DNA of 36,927 nucleotides, the filler included, from Deltaproteobacteria bacterium (GTDB taxonomy: Bacteria > JAUYMQ01), in NCBI GenBank assembly GCA_030698575.1. It is 7 parts of 7 records of this genome, joined end to end, with 100 filler letters (N's around TTAATTAATTAA, not from the genome) between each part and the next. Parts side by side here need not be neighbours in the genome. Positions count along the whole stretch, not along the records: positions 1 to 3,232 come from JAUYMQ010000463.1; positions 3,333 to 6,271 come from JAUYMQ010000650.1; positions 6,372 to 13,007 come from JAUYMQ010000003.1; 4 more parts are not named here. One strand, given 5' to 3'. The translations under genes and the position numbers were made by a program. Positions 1-8,603 of this stretch are shown piece by piece; the stretch's first letter is position 1, and the number at the start of each line of letters is the position of its first letter. The notes beneath the pieces are model-generated. The model saw only the letters and a list, made by a program, of their open reading frames with translations. It made no database searches and had not been told where the DNA came from.

Positions 1-896
1 GACTGCTCCGGGACGGTGATGGCTTCATCCCTCTCCTCGATGACCAGTTGCGTGTTGGCAAACATCCCCGCCCGAAGGACGAGCTCCGGGTTGGGAACAA
101 GAGCCTTGACGGTAACGGAGCGGCTGGCCGCGCTCACGCGAGGGTTGATGAAATAGACCGTTCCCTCGAAGTCCCTGTCCGGGAAAGCGACAACCTTCAG
201 CTTCACCGGCTGCCCGGTCCGGACGCCGGGAAGGTAGCGCTCCGGAACCTCGAAGTTGAGGGTGAGCGGGTCGATGACCTCGAAATTGGCCAGATCGTCA
301 CCGGGCTCGACGACGGCGCCGGGGCTCACTCGCCGCCTCCCTATGGTGCCGGAGAAGGGGGCCTTGATGCTTGTCTTCACCAACCGGGCCTTCATCACCT
401 CGACGCGCGCCGCTGCGCGATCCATCTCGGCGCGGGTGCGCTCCATTTCCTGCTTCGACACGACCTGCTTGGCGAAGAGGTCCTTACGCCGCTCATACTC
501 CGCGCGCGCGAACGAGAGGTCGGCTTCGGCCTCGCGAAGTGAAGCAGCCGTCTCGATGTCGTCGAGCTTGACGAGGAGCGCCCCCTCCTCGATCTGCTCT
601 CCCTCTTTGAAATGAATCGAGGCGACCTTGCCCGAGATCTCGGGCTTGAGCATCACGGCTTCCTTGGCCTCGAGGCTGCCGACGAGATCGAGCACCTGCC
701 GGATGGGCCGGATTTCAGCCTTCGCCATCTCGACGGGAACGGCGAAATCCTGGGGGACGTCGGCCTGGGGTCCGCCGCATCCCGGCCCGGTCAGGGCGAG
801 CGCCAGGAAAGAGGCGAGTGCGAGGGTGATCGATGAACGGCTGGCAGGAGTACCGGACCGCCGGGCGGGCCGCGGCGTGAGGCTGTTGTGGGTCAT
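1..896 (-). CDS. Efflux RND/HlyD-family periplasmic adaptor subunit (3' end runs off the window)
   Basis: Not in the ORF track; translated by hand from ATG at 896. Lipoprotein-like N-terminus (LALALTGPGC), then GSLEAKEAVMLKPEISGKVASIHFKEGEQIEEGALLVKLD, a coiled hairpin, IKAPFSGTIGRR and LRAGMFANTQLV. Confidence 0.9.
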   Translation of the reverse strand, partial: MTHNSLTPRPARRSGTPASRSSITLALASFLALALTGPGCGGPQADVPQDFAVPVEMAKAEIRPIRQVLDLVGSLEAKEAVMLKPEISGKVASIHFKEGEQIEEGALLVKLDDIETAASLREAEADLSFARAEYERRKDLFAKQVVSKQEMERTRAEMDRAAARVEVMKARLVKTSIKAPFSGTIGRRRVSPGAVVEPGDDLANFEVIDPLTLNFEVPERYLPGVRTGQPVKLKVVAFPDRDFEGTVYFINPRVSAASRSVTVKALVPNPELVLRAGMFANTQLVIEERDEAITVPEQ

Positions 897-1012
897 ATAA
901 GAGGAGCGGTGGGCCGGTGTGGAGCTACCCTGAGGGCAGGCGGACCCCCGCTTTTCCTTTTCTGCATGAAATTCTGCATGAAGTGAATCGGTCCCTGATC
1001 CGCCTTCTGCAG

Positions 1013-1041
1013 AATATACCGCAACGCGGCCGGGATGCCAA
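1013..1041 (-). promoter_or_regulatory. Putative sigma70 promoter for the efflux adaptor gene
   Basis: Minus strand TTGGCA (1041-1036), 17-nt spacer, TATATT (1018-1013). Confidence 0.5.
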
Positions 1042-1107
1042 AATTCAGGCGTTCGGGCAGCGAACGGCCGCGCAAGGGCTGTCGGGAGGCTGCCTGCGCC
1101 ACGCTTC

Positions 1108-1932
1108 TCAGCCGCCTGTCCGGCCCCGCCGGGCAATGTTTGCGCGGCCCGTGCGCTCGAAAAGCGCGAGAAGCCAGTCGCCTGTATCGGGGAACAGGGA
1201 GCCCATCTTGGCGAGGAACCCGCGGTGTGCGGGAATGCAGACCTCGCGCCGCGGCTTCTCGACGGCCTGGACGATGGCCCGGGCCACACGATCGACGGTG
1301 AGTGTCGTGCCCGAGAAGATGATCGGCGAGCCGGCCTCGGCGGCGGCGCGTTCGACCATGGGGGTCTCGACGGCGTCGGGGCAGATGACCGTCAGGCGCA
1401 CCGGCGTGTCGCGAAGCTCCTGGGCGCAGGACAGCGTCCAGCCCCGCACACCGAACTTCGAGGCGCAGTAGGCCGCGGCGCCCGGAACGGCGGAGAGCCC
1501 CGCGAGGGATGCAATGTTCACGATGTGCCCTCCGCCCGGCTGCGCGCGCATGAGCCGTGCCGCCGCCAGGGTTCCGTACATCACCCCCAGGAGATTGACC
1601 TCGATGTGCCGCGCAAGCGTCTCCTCCGTCATCGCGTCGAATGGTCCCGTGACCAGCACGCCGGCGTTGTTCACCATGACGTCCAGCCGGCCGTGCGCTT
1701 TCCGGGCTTCCTGGACCAGCGCTTCGACATCCGCGGGTTTGGTGACGTCGGCCGGGAAGCTCTGCGCCGTCGGGGCGTCCTTCCTGATCTCCGCTGCGGC
1801 AGCCTCGAGGGCCGCAGCATCGAGGTCGGACATCAGGACGGTCGCGCCTGACTTCGCGAACAGTTTCGATGCGGCGAGGCCAATGCCGCTCGCAGCCCCT
1901 GTTATCGCCACTACCTTACCGCTGATCGACAT
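1108..1932 (-). CDS. Short-chain dehydrogenase/reductase (SDR)
   Basis: TGAASGIG Rossmann motif, NNAG, catalytic YCASK (YxxxK). Confidence 0.93.
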   Translation of the reverse strand: MSISGKVVAITGAASGIGLAASKLFAKSGATVLMSDLDAAALEAAAAEIRKDAPTAQSFPADVTKPADVEALVQEARKAHGRLDVMVNNAGVLVTGPFDAMTEETLARHIEVNLLGVMYGTLAAARLMRAQPGGGHIVNIASLAGLSAVPGAAAYCASKFGVRGWTLSCAQELRDTPVRLTVICPDAVETPMVERAAAEAGSPIIFSGTTLTVDRVARAIVQAVEKPRREVCIPAHRGFLAKMGSLFPDTGDWLLALFERTGRANIARRGRTGG

Positions 1933-1986
1933 GTTTGGGACCTCCCTGGACCGGTGGTGAGGGGATAGATTCTTCGCCGGGGTGTT

Positions 1987-3123
1987 TCAAGCGATGGTCT
2001 TCCGGGTCACCCGCGAGAGGATCGCGAGCGTGGCAAGAAAGTAAGCGATGCAAGCCGTGATCGGCACCCACATCTCGAGGAGCGTTGCCCCCCTCACGCC
2101 TATGCCCCGCAGTATCCAGACCTCGTATTTCATCGGAAACAGAAAACTCGATAGCCTTATTGCCTCGGGCATGGTCTGTGTCGGGTAGAAGTAATCGGAG
2201 AGATTGACCGAGAACAGGATGAAGAAAAAGCCGATGAAGGATGCCTGCAGAATGTTGCGACTGACCGCCGAGAAGATTAGCCCCAACCCCGTGCTTGCCA
2301 GGACGAAGGGGAGGGTGGCGACGAGGAGGGCGAGCAGGTTGCCCCGGAAGGGCATGTTGAAGATGAAGATCTCCGCCAGCGTGACGAACAGCAGCATCGT
2401 GTATGCCACGATGATATAGGGGAGCGTTTTTCCGATGACGATGTCGAACGTGTTCAGCGGATTGGAGAGAAGCTGCTCCATCGTTCCCTGGTCCTTCTCG
2501 TTCACCATGGCCGCAGAGGCGAGCGCGATGCAGACCTGGGTAATCAGGATGGCCGGGAGCGCCGAGAGAAAATAGAACTTGTCGGACAGGGTCGGGTTGT
2601 ACCAGAAGCGGCGGCGGACCTCGATGCGCCCGCTCGCGAGGGTCTTCGCGAGCGCTTTCGAGGAGAGGGCGGGCGGCCCCGAGGATTGGAGCCGGAGCGC
2701 TACCTGGGTGATATACGCGCCCGCGCGCGTGGCCACGAGTGGATCGGCGCCGTTCAGCAGCAGTTGAAGATAGCCGGGCTCGCCCCGGACAAGCTCGCGC
2801 TTGAAACCTTCCGGAATGATCAGGGCGGCGCTGGCGCGCTTGCGCTGGAAAGCTTCGAGCCGCTGCTCTCCGCCCATAACCGCATGGGGCTCCTCGAAGC
2901 GCCCTGTGGCCATCACCTCCGCGACCAGGCGGCGCGAAAGCTCCGTGCGGTCGTGATCCTCCACGACCCAGGAGATGTTGAGCGCCTGATAGGTGATCAT
3001 CGTGCCATAGATGATCAGGAAGACGATCGGCTGGGCGATGATCGACCGAATCGTGTTCTTGTCCCGTCGAAGCCGGATCGTTTCTTTCCAGAAGAGCGCC
3101 TTCACGTTGTGCCAGGAGATCAT
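1987..3123 (-). CDS. ABC-2 type transporter permease (YbhR/YbhS-like)
   Basis: KETIRLRRD N-terminus, large extracytoplasmic loop, WYNP, EKDQGTMEQLLSNP, six C-terminal TM segments. Confidence 0.9.
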   Translation of the reverse strand: MISWHNVKALFWKETIRLRRDKNTIRSIIAQPIVFLIIYGTMITYQALNISWVVEDHDRTELSRRLVAEVMATGRFEEPHAVMGGEQRLEAFQRKRASAALIIPEGFKRELVRGEPGYLQLLLNGADPLVATRAGAYITQVALRLQSSGPPALSSKALAKTLASGRIEVRRRFWYNPTLSDKFYFLSALPAILITQVCIALASAAMVNEKDQGTMEQLLSNPLNTFDIVIGKTLPYIIVAYTMLLFVTLAEIFIFNMPFRGNLLALLVATLPFVLASTGLGLIFSAVSRNILQASFIGFFFILFSVNLSDYFYPTQTMPEAIRLSSFLFPMKYEVWILRGIGVRGATLLEMWVPITACIAYFLATLAILSRVTRKTIA

Positions 3124-3126
3124 GGG

Positions 3127-3232
3127 TCAGACCTTGAGCTTCGAGAGGCTGCGGGAAACGGCCAGCATGAAGAAAGCCATGAAGCCTAGAAGGACGAGAA
3201 TTTCCGGCCAGAGCTCGACGACGCCAGCGCCG
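3127..3232 (-). CDS. C-terminal fragment of an upstream ABC-2 permease
   Basis: GAGVVELWPEILVLLGFMAFFMLAVSRSLSKLKV-stop parallels the C-terminus of the neighbouring permease; cut by the contig end. Confidence 0.7.
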
Positions 3233-3332
3233 NNNNNNNNNNNNNNNNNNNNNNNNNNNNNNNNNNNNNNNNNNNNTTAATTAATTAANNNNNNNNNNNN
3301 NNNNNNNNNNNNNNNNNNNNNNNNNNNNNNNN
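3233..3332. other. Artificial contig linker
   Basis: N-run, TTAATTAATTAA (stops in all six frames), N-run; 100 nt. Confidence 0.98.
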
Positions 3333-4267
3333 AAGGGATCGCGGGAGGCCGCGGTGAGATGGGCGGGATGATGAGCGGCATGAGGGGCCGCGGAATGATG
3401 GGTGGCGGGATGATGGGCCGGGGCATGGGCGGGATGATGGGTGGCGGCTCTCAGAACATGCCGGCCTACGACACCATGACCATCAACGGCAAAGCGTACC
3501 CGGCCACCGAGCCGCTCCGGGTGCGGAAGGGTGAGCGCGTGCGGCTCCGCCTGATCAACGCCAGCGCCGATCACACCCATGTCATCCGCCTGGCGGGGCA
3601 TCAGCTGCGCGTCACCCACACCGATGGCAATCCGCTCGTCGAGGCCGTCGCCGTGGACGCGGTGCCTATCGCGCCCAGCGAACGCTACGACGTGCTGGTC
3701 AACGCGGATCGACCCGGCTCCTGGTGGCTCTACTGCGCCCAGCCCGGGCATGCGGCCGCGGGCGAGCAGGCCCTCCTGGTCTACGACGGGCGCGAGGGCC
3801 GCAGGCCGGACGCGGTGACGGAAGGCACGGCCGGTCTTCACCTCTGGCATTACAGCCTGGGGCAGGGCCGCGACGTGCTCGCGCCGGCGTCCGGCACGGT
3901 GCGGAGCTTCAGCCAGACGCTGAGCGGCGGGATGATGGGCTCCGACGCCTGGACGATCAACGGCAAGCAGTACCCGTCCACCGATCCCATCGCCGTGAAG
4001 CGGGGCGAGCGAGCGCGGGTGCGCCTCGGCAACATGAGCATGGAGGCGCATCCCATGCACCTCCACGGTCAGTCCTTCGCCGTCCTGTCCGTCAACGGAC
4101 AGCGCCTGGCGCACCCCCTAGTCAAGGACAGCGTCGACGTGGAAGCCCACATGGGCGCCGTAGAGATCGAGTTCGCGGCCCACAACCCCGGGGACTGGGT
4201 CTTCCACTGCCACAAGCCCATGCACATGGAGGGCGGCATGATCACCCTCGTCAAGATCGCGGGATGA
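3333..4267 (+). CDS. Multicopper oxidase (5' truncated)
   Basis: Met/Gly-rich linker, cupredoxin domains, copper ligands HPMHLHG and WVFHCHKPMHMEGGM. Confidence 0.93.
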
Positions 4268-4953
4268 GACGCCGGGGGCTGCTCTCGCTCGGTGCGACCG
4301 CCCTGGGCCTAGCGCTCACCGGCGTCGCCCTCGCCTCCCTCTGGCGCCAGCCGCAGTCCCTGCCCGCAGAGGGTACGGTCGAGACCCTCGCGGACTACGG
4401 GCTGGTGCCGGACTTCCGGCTGACTGAGCGCAGTGGGAGCACCGTGACCCTTGCCGACCTTCGCGGCAAGGTCTGGCTCGCCAATTTCATCTACACGGAG
4501 TGCACCGAGACCTGCCCGCTCCAGAGCCTCCAGGTGCAGCGCCTCCAGAAGGAGTTCGCCGGCTCTGCCGACCTCCGCTTCGTGTCCATCACGGTGGACC
4601 CGGGCCACGACACACCCGAGGTGCTCCGGCGCTATGCCGAGCGGTACGGGGCGGATCCCGGGCGCTGGCTGTTCCTGACGGGGCCGAAGCCAGCCATTTA
4701 CGGGCTCGCCAAGGGCGGCTTCAAGCTGGGCGTGTCTGACGCGAGCCCGGCCGCCCAGGGTGGTGTGCCGGGCTGGCCGCTCGGCCCGGGCCCGGCTTTC
4801 GCCTCTCACGGCTCGGGCGGACTGATCCTGCACAGCTCGCGATTCGTCCTCGTCGATCGCCAGGCTCGGATCCGCGCCTACCACCGGACTGACGACCCGG
4901 ACTCGCTCGCCCGGCTGCGCGAGAACCTCCGAGCGCTGCTTGCCGGGAGCTGA
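4264..4953 (+). CDS. SCO1/SenC family copper chaperone
   Basis: ATG at 4264 overlaps the oxidase stop (ATGA). N-terminal TM helix, FIYTECTETCP (CxxxC), SITVDP, ILHSSRFVLVD. Confidence 0.92.
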   Translation: MRRRGLLSLGATALGLALTGVALASLWRQPQSLPAEGTVETLADYGLVPDFRLTERSGSTVTLADLRGKVWLANFIYTECTETCPLQSLQVQRLQKEFAGSADLRFVSITVDPGHDTPEVLRRYAERYGADPGRWLFLTGPKPAIYGLAKGGFKLGVSDASPAAQGGVPGWPLGPGPAFASHGSGGLILHSSRFVLVDRQARIRAYHRTDDPDSLARLRENLRALLAGS

Positions 4954-5507
4954 TGGGGCACACGGTGAGATCAATTTCGTTACTTGTGCTTGGGACCTGG
5001 GTCCTGGCAGTGGCCGGACCCGGCTCGGCTGCGGGCGACCCGTTCGCGGCCCTCAGCGTCCAGGCGATTCCGGAACCGGCGCCGAGCCCGGCGCTCTCCC
5101 TGCCGGACCTGACAGGGCGAGTGGTGGCGATACCTGAAGAGTTCCGGGGGAAGGTGGTCCTGCTCGGGTTCTTCACGACCACCTGACCGCTGTGCCTGCG
5201 GGAGGCTCCCGCAAAGGTGGCGTTGTCGCGGCAGTTCGGTGGGGAGGGACTCGCGGTGGTCGGCGTGAACCTCGGCGAAGACGGCGAGACGGTTCGACGC
5301 TTCGCCGAGCGCTTCGGGGTCCGGTTCCCACTGCTGCTGGACCGGGAGGGGCGGAGCCCGGAGCGCTTTGGCCTCCGGGCGCACCCGAACACGGCCTTGA
5401 TCGATCGGAAGGGGCGCCTGGTGGGCCTCGTGCGCGGTGAGCGCGACTGGCAGGGCGAGCCTGCGAAGCGGCTGGTCCGGTATCTGCTCGATGACCGGAG
5501 ACCTTGA
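4953..5507 (+). CDS. Exported TlpA/ResA-like thioredoxin-fold redoxin, probable selenoprotein (UxxC)
   Basis: ORFs 4953-5186 and 5217-5507 are in the same frame. Reading through TGA 5184-5186 gives RGKVVLLGFFTTT-U-PLC-LREAP...VVGVN...FPLLLD...HPNTALIDRKG, a complete 184-aa TlpA-type protein. Confidence 0.85.
5184..5219 (+). promoter_or_regulatory. Bacterial SECIS-like hairpin
   Basis: Stem TGCGGGA (5197-5203) / TCCCGCA (5207-5213) with a G-starting loop GGC 17 nt after the UGA; extendable lower stem GCC/GGT. Confidence 0.7.
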
Positions 5508-5535
5508 ATGGCCTCAGGAGGGACTGGGACTGGGA

Positions 5536-5787
5536 ATGATGGAAGGCTGCTGGGGTGGGTTCGGATGGATGGGAGCCGCGATGCTGGTCAACTTCCTCCT
5601 GGGTCTCGGTCTCCTGGCGCTCGTGGTGGTGGGCGTGGTCTTCGCCGTCAGGTGGCTGGCCAGGGCGTCGGGTGAGTCGCCTCGAGACCGGTCGAAGGAC
5701 GACGCGCTCGAGATCGTCAGGACGCGCTACGCCAGGGGCGAGATCAGCCGGGAGGAGTTCGATCGCTTGCGGAGGGAGCTGGCCTGA
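5536..5787 (+). CDS. SHOCT-domain membrane protein
   Basis: Met/Gly N-terminus, one TM helix, ALEIVRTRYARGEISREEFDRLRREL; AGGAGG upstream. Confidence 0.85.
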   Translation: MMEGCWGGFGWMGAAMLVNFLLGLGLLALVVVGVVFAVRWLARASGESPRDRSKDDALEIVRTRYARGEISREEFDRLRRELA

Positions 5788-5808
5788 TCGCGGGAGGCCC
5801 GAGGCGCC

Positions 5809-6271
5809 ATGGCTGAAATAGTGATCGCCTGGTACTCGTGGCTGAGCGGGCTCACTCAGGGCCCCATCCTCGTGATCCAGGATTGGATCGAGGGAAGCAG
5901 CGTCCCGCTGGTGAGCGCGTTGCTCTTCGGGCTCATCGGGGCGACCTCACCCTGCCAGCTCACGACGAACCTGGGCGCGCTGGCCTTCAGCGCGAGCCGG
6001 GCCGGGACGGCGCCCGTCCTGGGCGCCTCCCTCGCTTATGTCGCCGGCAAGGTCCTCGTCTACTCGGTGGTCGGCGGGCTCGCGGTGGTGCTCGGCCTCC
6101 AGCTCCAGGGGGCATCGATCCCCGTGGTTCTCGTCGCCCGCAAGCTGCTCGGTCCGCTCATGCTGCTCGTCGGTGTCGGCCTGCTGGGGCTGATCCGCTT
6201 GCCCGGCGGGTTCGGGCTCGGCCTCAGCCGCTGGCTCGCCGGACAAGTGCCCGGCAACGGCCGCGGCGCCT
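5809..6271 (+). CDS. CcdA/DsbD_2-like membrane protein (3' truncated)
   Basis: LLFGLIGATSPCQLTTNLGALAF and several TM segments; GGGAGG upstream. Confidence 0.7.
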
Positions 6272-6371
6272 NNNNNNNNNNNNNNNNNNNNNNNNNNNNN
6301 NNNNNNNNNNNNNNNTTAATTAATTAANNNNNNNNNNNNNNNNNNNNNNNNNNNNNNNNNNNNNNNNNNNN
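6272..6371. other. Artificial contig linker
   Basis: N-run, TTAATTAATTAA, N-run. Confidence 0.98.
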
Positions 6372-7337
6372 CTGCTGGAAGCAGCTCCGGCAGCCTTTCG
6401 GAGGCTGGCCGTACTTCCGCACGGCATGCGTGAAAGCCTCCCGGAAGTCATCGAACTCGAGAAGGTTTGCCGCGACGCCACCACGCCCGTCGCTTCGGTC
6501 CGCTATCGGCCGGCACGGGTAGATGAAGTCCCCGTTTTGCATGACCCGGATGTTCAGCGTCGGGTAGCACTGGAACTCCTCGAAATTCAGGATGTGCTTC
6601 AGGTAGACGCGGCTTCCCACCGCGTCGTAGCCCGCCTCCTTCATTCGCAGAACGTCCTCCACGAGGCGCCGGTACTCGGGCTTCTCCAGCAACTCGGCGT
6701 GCGGCTGGTCCCGCAGGCCCTGGGGCGAGAGGGAGAACCCGACGTCGTGTTTCACGCAGAAGTCGATGACCTCGCGGGCCATTCCGATGGTGTCGGGCAT
6801 GACCACGCAGTTGACGATCATCTTGAATCCATAGTCCCCCTGCAGGGCCGCGTAGCGCCGCACCACACCGATGATCCGCTCCGCGGTGCCCACACGAGAC
6901 GCCAGTATTCGGTCCCAGGCCACGCCATCGAGCGAGTCGAGGCTGATGATGAGCCGCGTCAGGTGCGCGAGCACGGACTCGTGCTTCGGGAGCAGGACGC
7001 CGTTCGTGATGAGCGCAATACCTTTGAATCCGATCTCGGAGGCGTAAGCGGTGAGATCGTCGATGGCGGGATGAAGCAGCGTCTCGCCGCCCGTCAGGAT
7101 GAGGTTCTCGGTGGCGGTCCGAATGACGCGAAGCACCTTCTTCGCATCCTCCAGGCCGAGGAAGGCATTCTTCATGCCCCGGTTTTTCCTCTGCCCGAAG
7201 TCCTCGCAATAGACGCAGTCCAGATTGCAGTAGCTGGTGACGTGGTAGGTCGCGACGATGGGGTCCATCACCCGGTTCCCGGTGAACCGGGCCCGGACAG
7301 CGTTGCGCGTGAAACGCCGGAGCGTGAGAAGTCCCAT
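6372..7337 (-). CDS. Radical SAM protein (3' truncated)
   Basis: CNLDCVYC (CxxxCxxC), TGGETLLH, ISLDS and a C-terminal Cys cluster (C...PC...CRSC). Confidence 0.9.
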
Positions 7338-7511
7338 GGGCCCTCTCCCTCTGGAGATTCGGACGGCCGGACAGCATCCGGCGGGCGGCGGCCGGCGATG
7401 TCCATAGCGAGATCGCCAGATTGCATGATTAGTTTAAAATCGCCGTGATACTATACTACAAACGGTGTAGGGTCAGATAGATCCTTCACCCCCTTTCCCA
7501 GGAGGCCGGAA

Positions 7512-8603
7512 ATGAAGAGATCATTCGGCTGGCTAGAGGGATGCATCACGATTGCGATCGCTCTTGGACTGGCCGGCGGCTGCGGACACCAGATGGCGGC
7601 GCCTTCCGGGGCAACCTTTCACGTCGCGGCCATCGGCGACTCGATAGCTTCCGGCCAGGGGGCCCCGGACAAGGATGCCTCAAAGTGGCCGCCCTGGGAC
7701 TGGATGCCGGAGTGGCAGGACGAGCGCTGCAACCGATCCATGCACGCCGGCACGTTCGACGCAGTCGAGCGAATACGCAATTCCCCACAGCCCAAGACGA
7801 TCGAGTTCCGCTCATTTGCCTGTTCAGGAGCGTCGATAGCGAAGGGCCTTCTCGGCCCCTACGACGGAGTGGCGCCGTTGTGGAAGCGCTGGCTTCGGCC
7901 GGACAGGTACAGAGAGCCGCTTGCCCCTCAGGTCGAAGAGGCGCTCAAATGGGCCAAAGAGCTGGATAACCAGCGGATCCCCACCGAGCCCTACGAGCCG
8001 CCGATCGATGTCCTGACCATTTCCATAGGGACCAATGACATTCTGGCGACACAGATTGTGGCCGCATGCATGCTGCCTGTTGTCGAGTGCAACATCGCGC
8101 GCCCCATCATCGAGCACGAACTTCTGTGTCTCGTCGGAAGCTACAAGAAGCTGCGCGAGGAGATCGACAAGGAGCTCGCCGGATACACGAAACACATCAT
8201 TGTGACGGGATACCCCGACCCGGCGAGGGACGGCGAGGGAGTGGCTTGCAATCATGCGCCCCCGCGATCCCAGGGCAAACCCGAACCTCTGGCGGGCATC
8301 TCGGCGGGCGATTCAGAGTGGATGTCCGGGGTGCTGAGAGACCTCAACGAGACTATCAGGACGGAGACTGAGGATCACGGCTGGACTTACCTGGACGTGA
8401 ACGAGGACGTGGCGGCGAACGGCGTCGTCGACGAAGGCTTTCCGAAGCACGGGTGGTGCAGCGATCAGAACTGGATCAACACCATCAACGACTCCATCCA
8501 CAAGCAAAGGCATTTTCGAGGCGGCGTCCATCCGAATGTCAGCGGCCACGATGTCTACGCCAGGAGGCTTCACCCTCTAATCGACGAGAGGCTCACGGAG
8601 TAA
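7512..8603 (+). CDS. SGNH/GDSL hydrolase, probable lipoprotein
   Basis: LAGGC lipobox-like sequence, GDSIASG, ACSGA, IGTND, HPN..GH; AGGAGG RBS. Confidence 0.85.
   Translation: MKRSFGWLEGCITIAIALGLAGGCGHQMAAPSGATFHVAAIGDSIASGQGAPDKDASKWPPWDWMPEWQDERCNRSMHAGTFDAVERIRNSPQPKTIEFRSFACSGASIAKGLLGPYDGVAPLWKRWLRPDRYREPLAPQVEEALKWAKELDNQRIPTEPYEPPIDVLTISIGTNDILATQIVAACMLPVVECNIARPIIEHELLCLVGSYKKLREEIDKELAGYTKHIIVTGYPDPARDGEGVACNHAPPRSQGKPEPLAGISAGDSEWMSGVLRDLNETIRTETEDHGWTYLDVNEDVAANGVVDEGFPKHGWCSDQNWINTINDSIHKQRHFRGGVHPNVSGHDVYARRLHPLIDERLTE

Noticed and set aside
3359-3450. GGGATGATG-type repeats
   Set aside because: They encode the Met/Gly-rich linker common in multicopper oxidases.
3724-4263. 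Long N-terminal extension of the SCO ORF (409 aa in the track)
   Set aside because: It is the shadow frame of the multicopper oxidase; the real start is the ATG at 4264.
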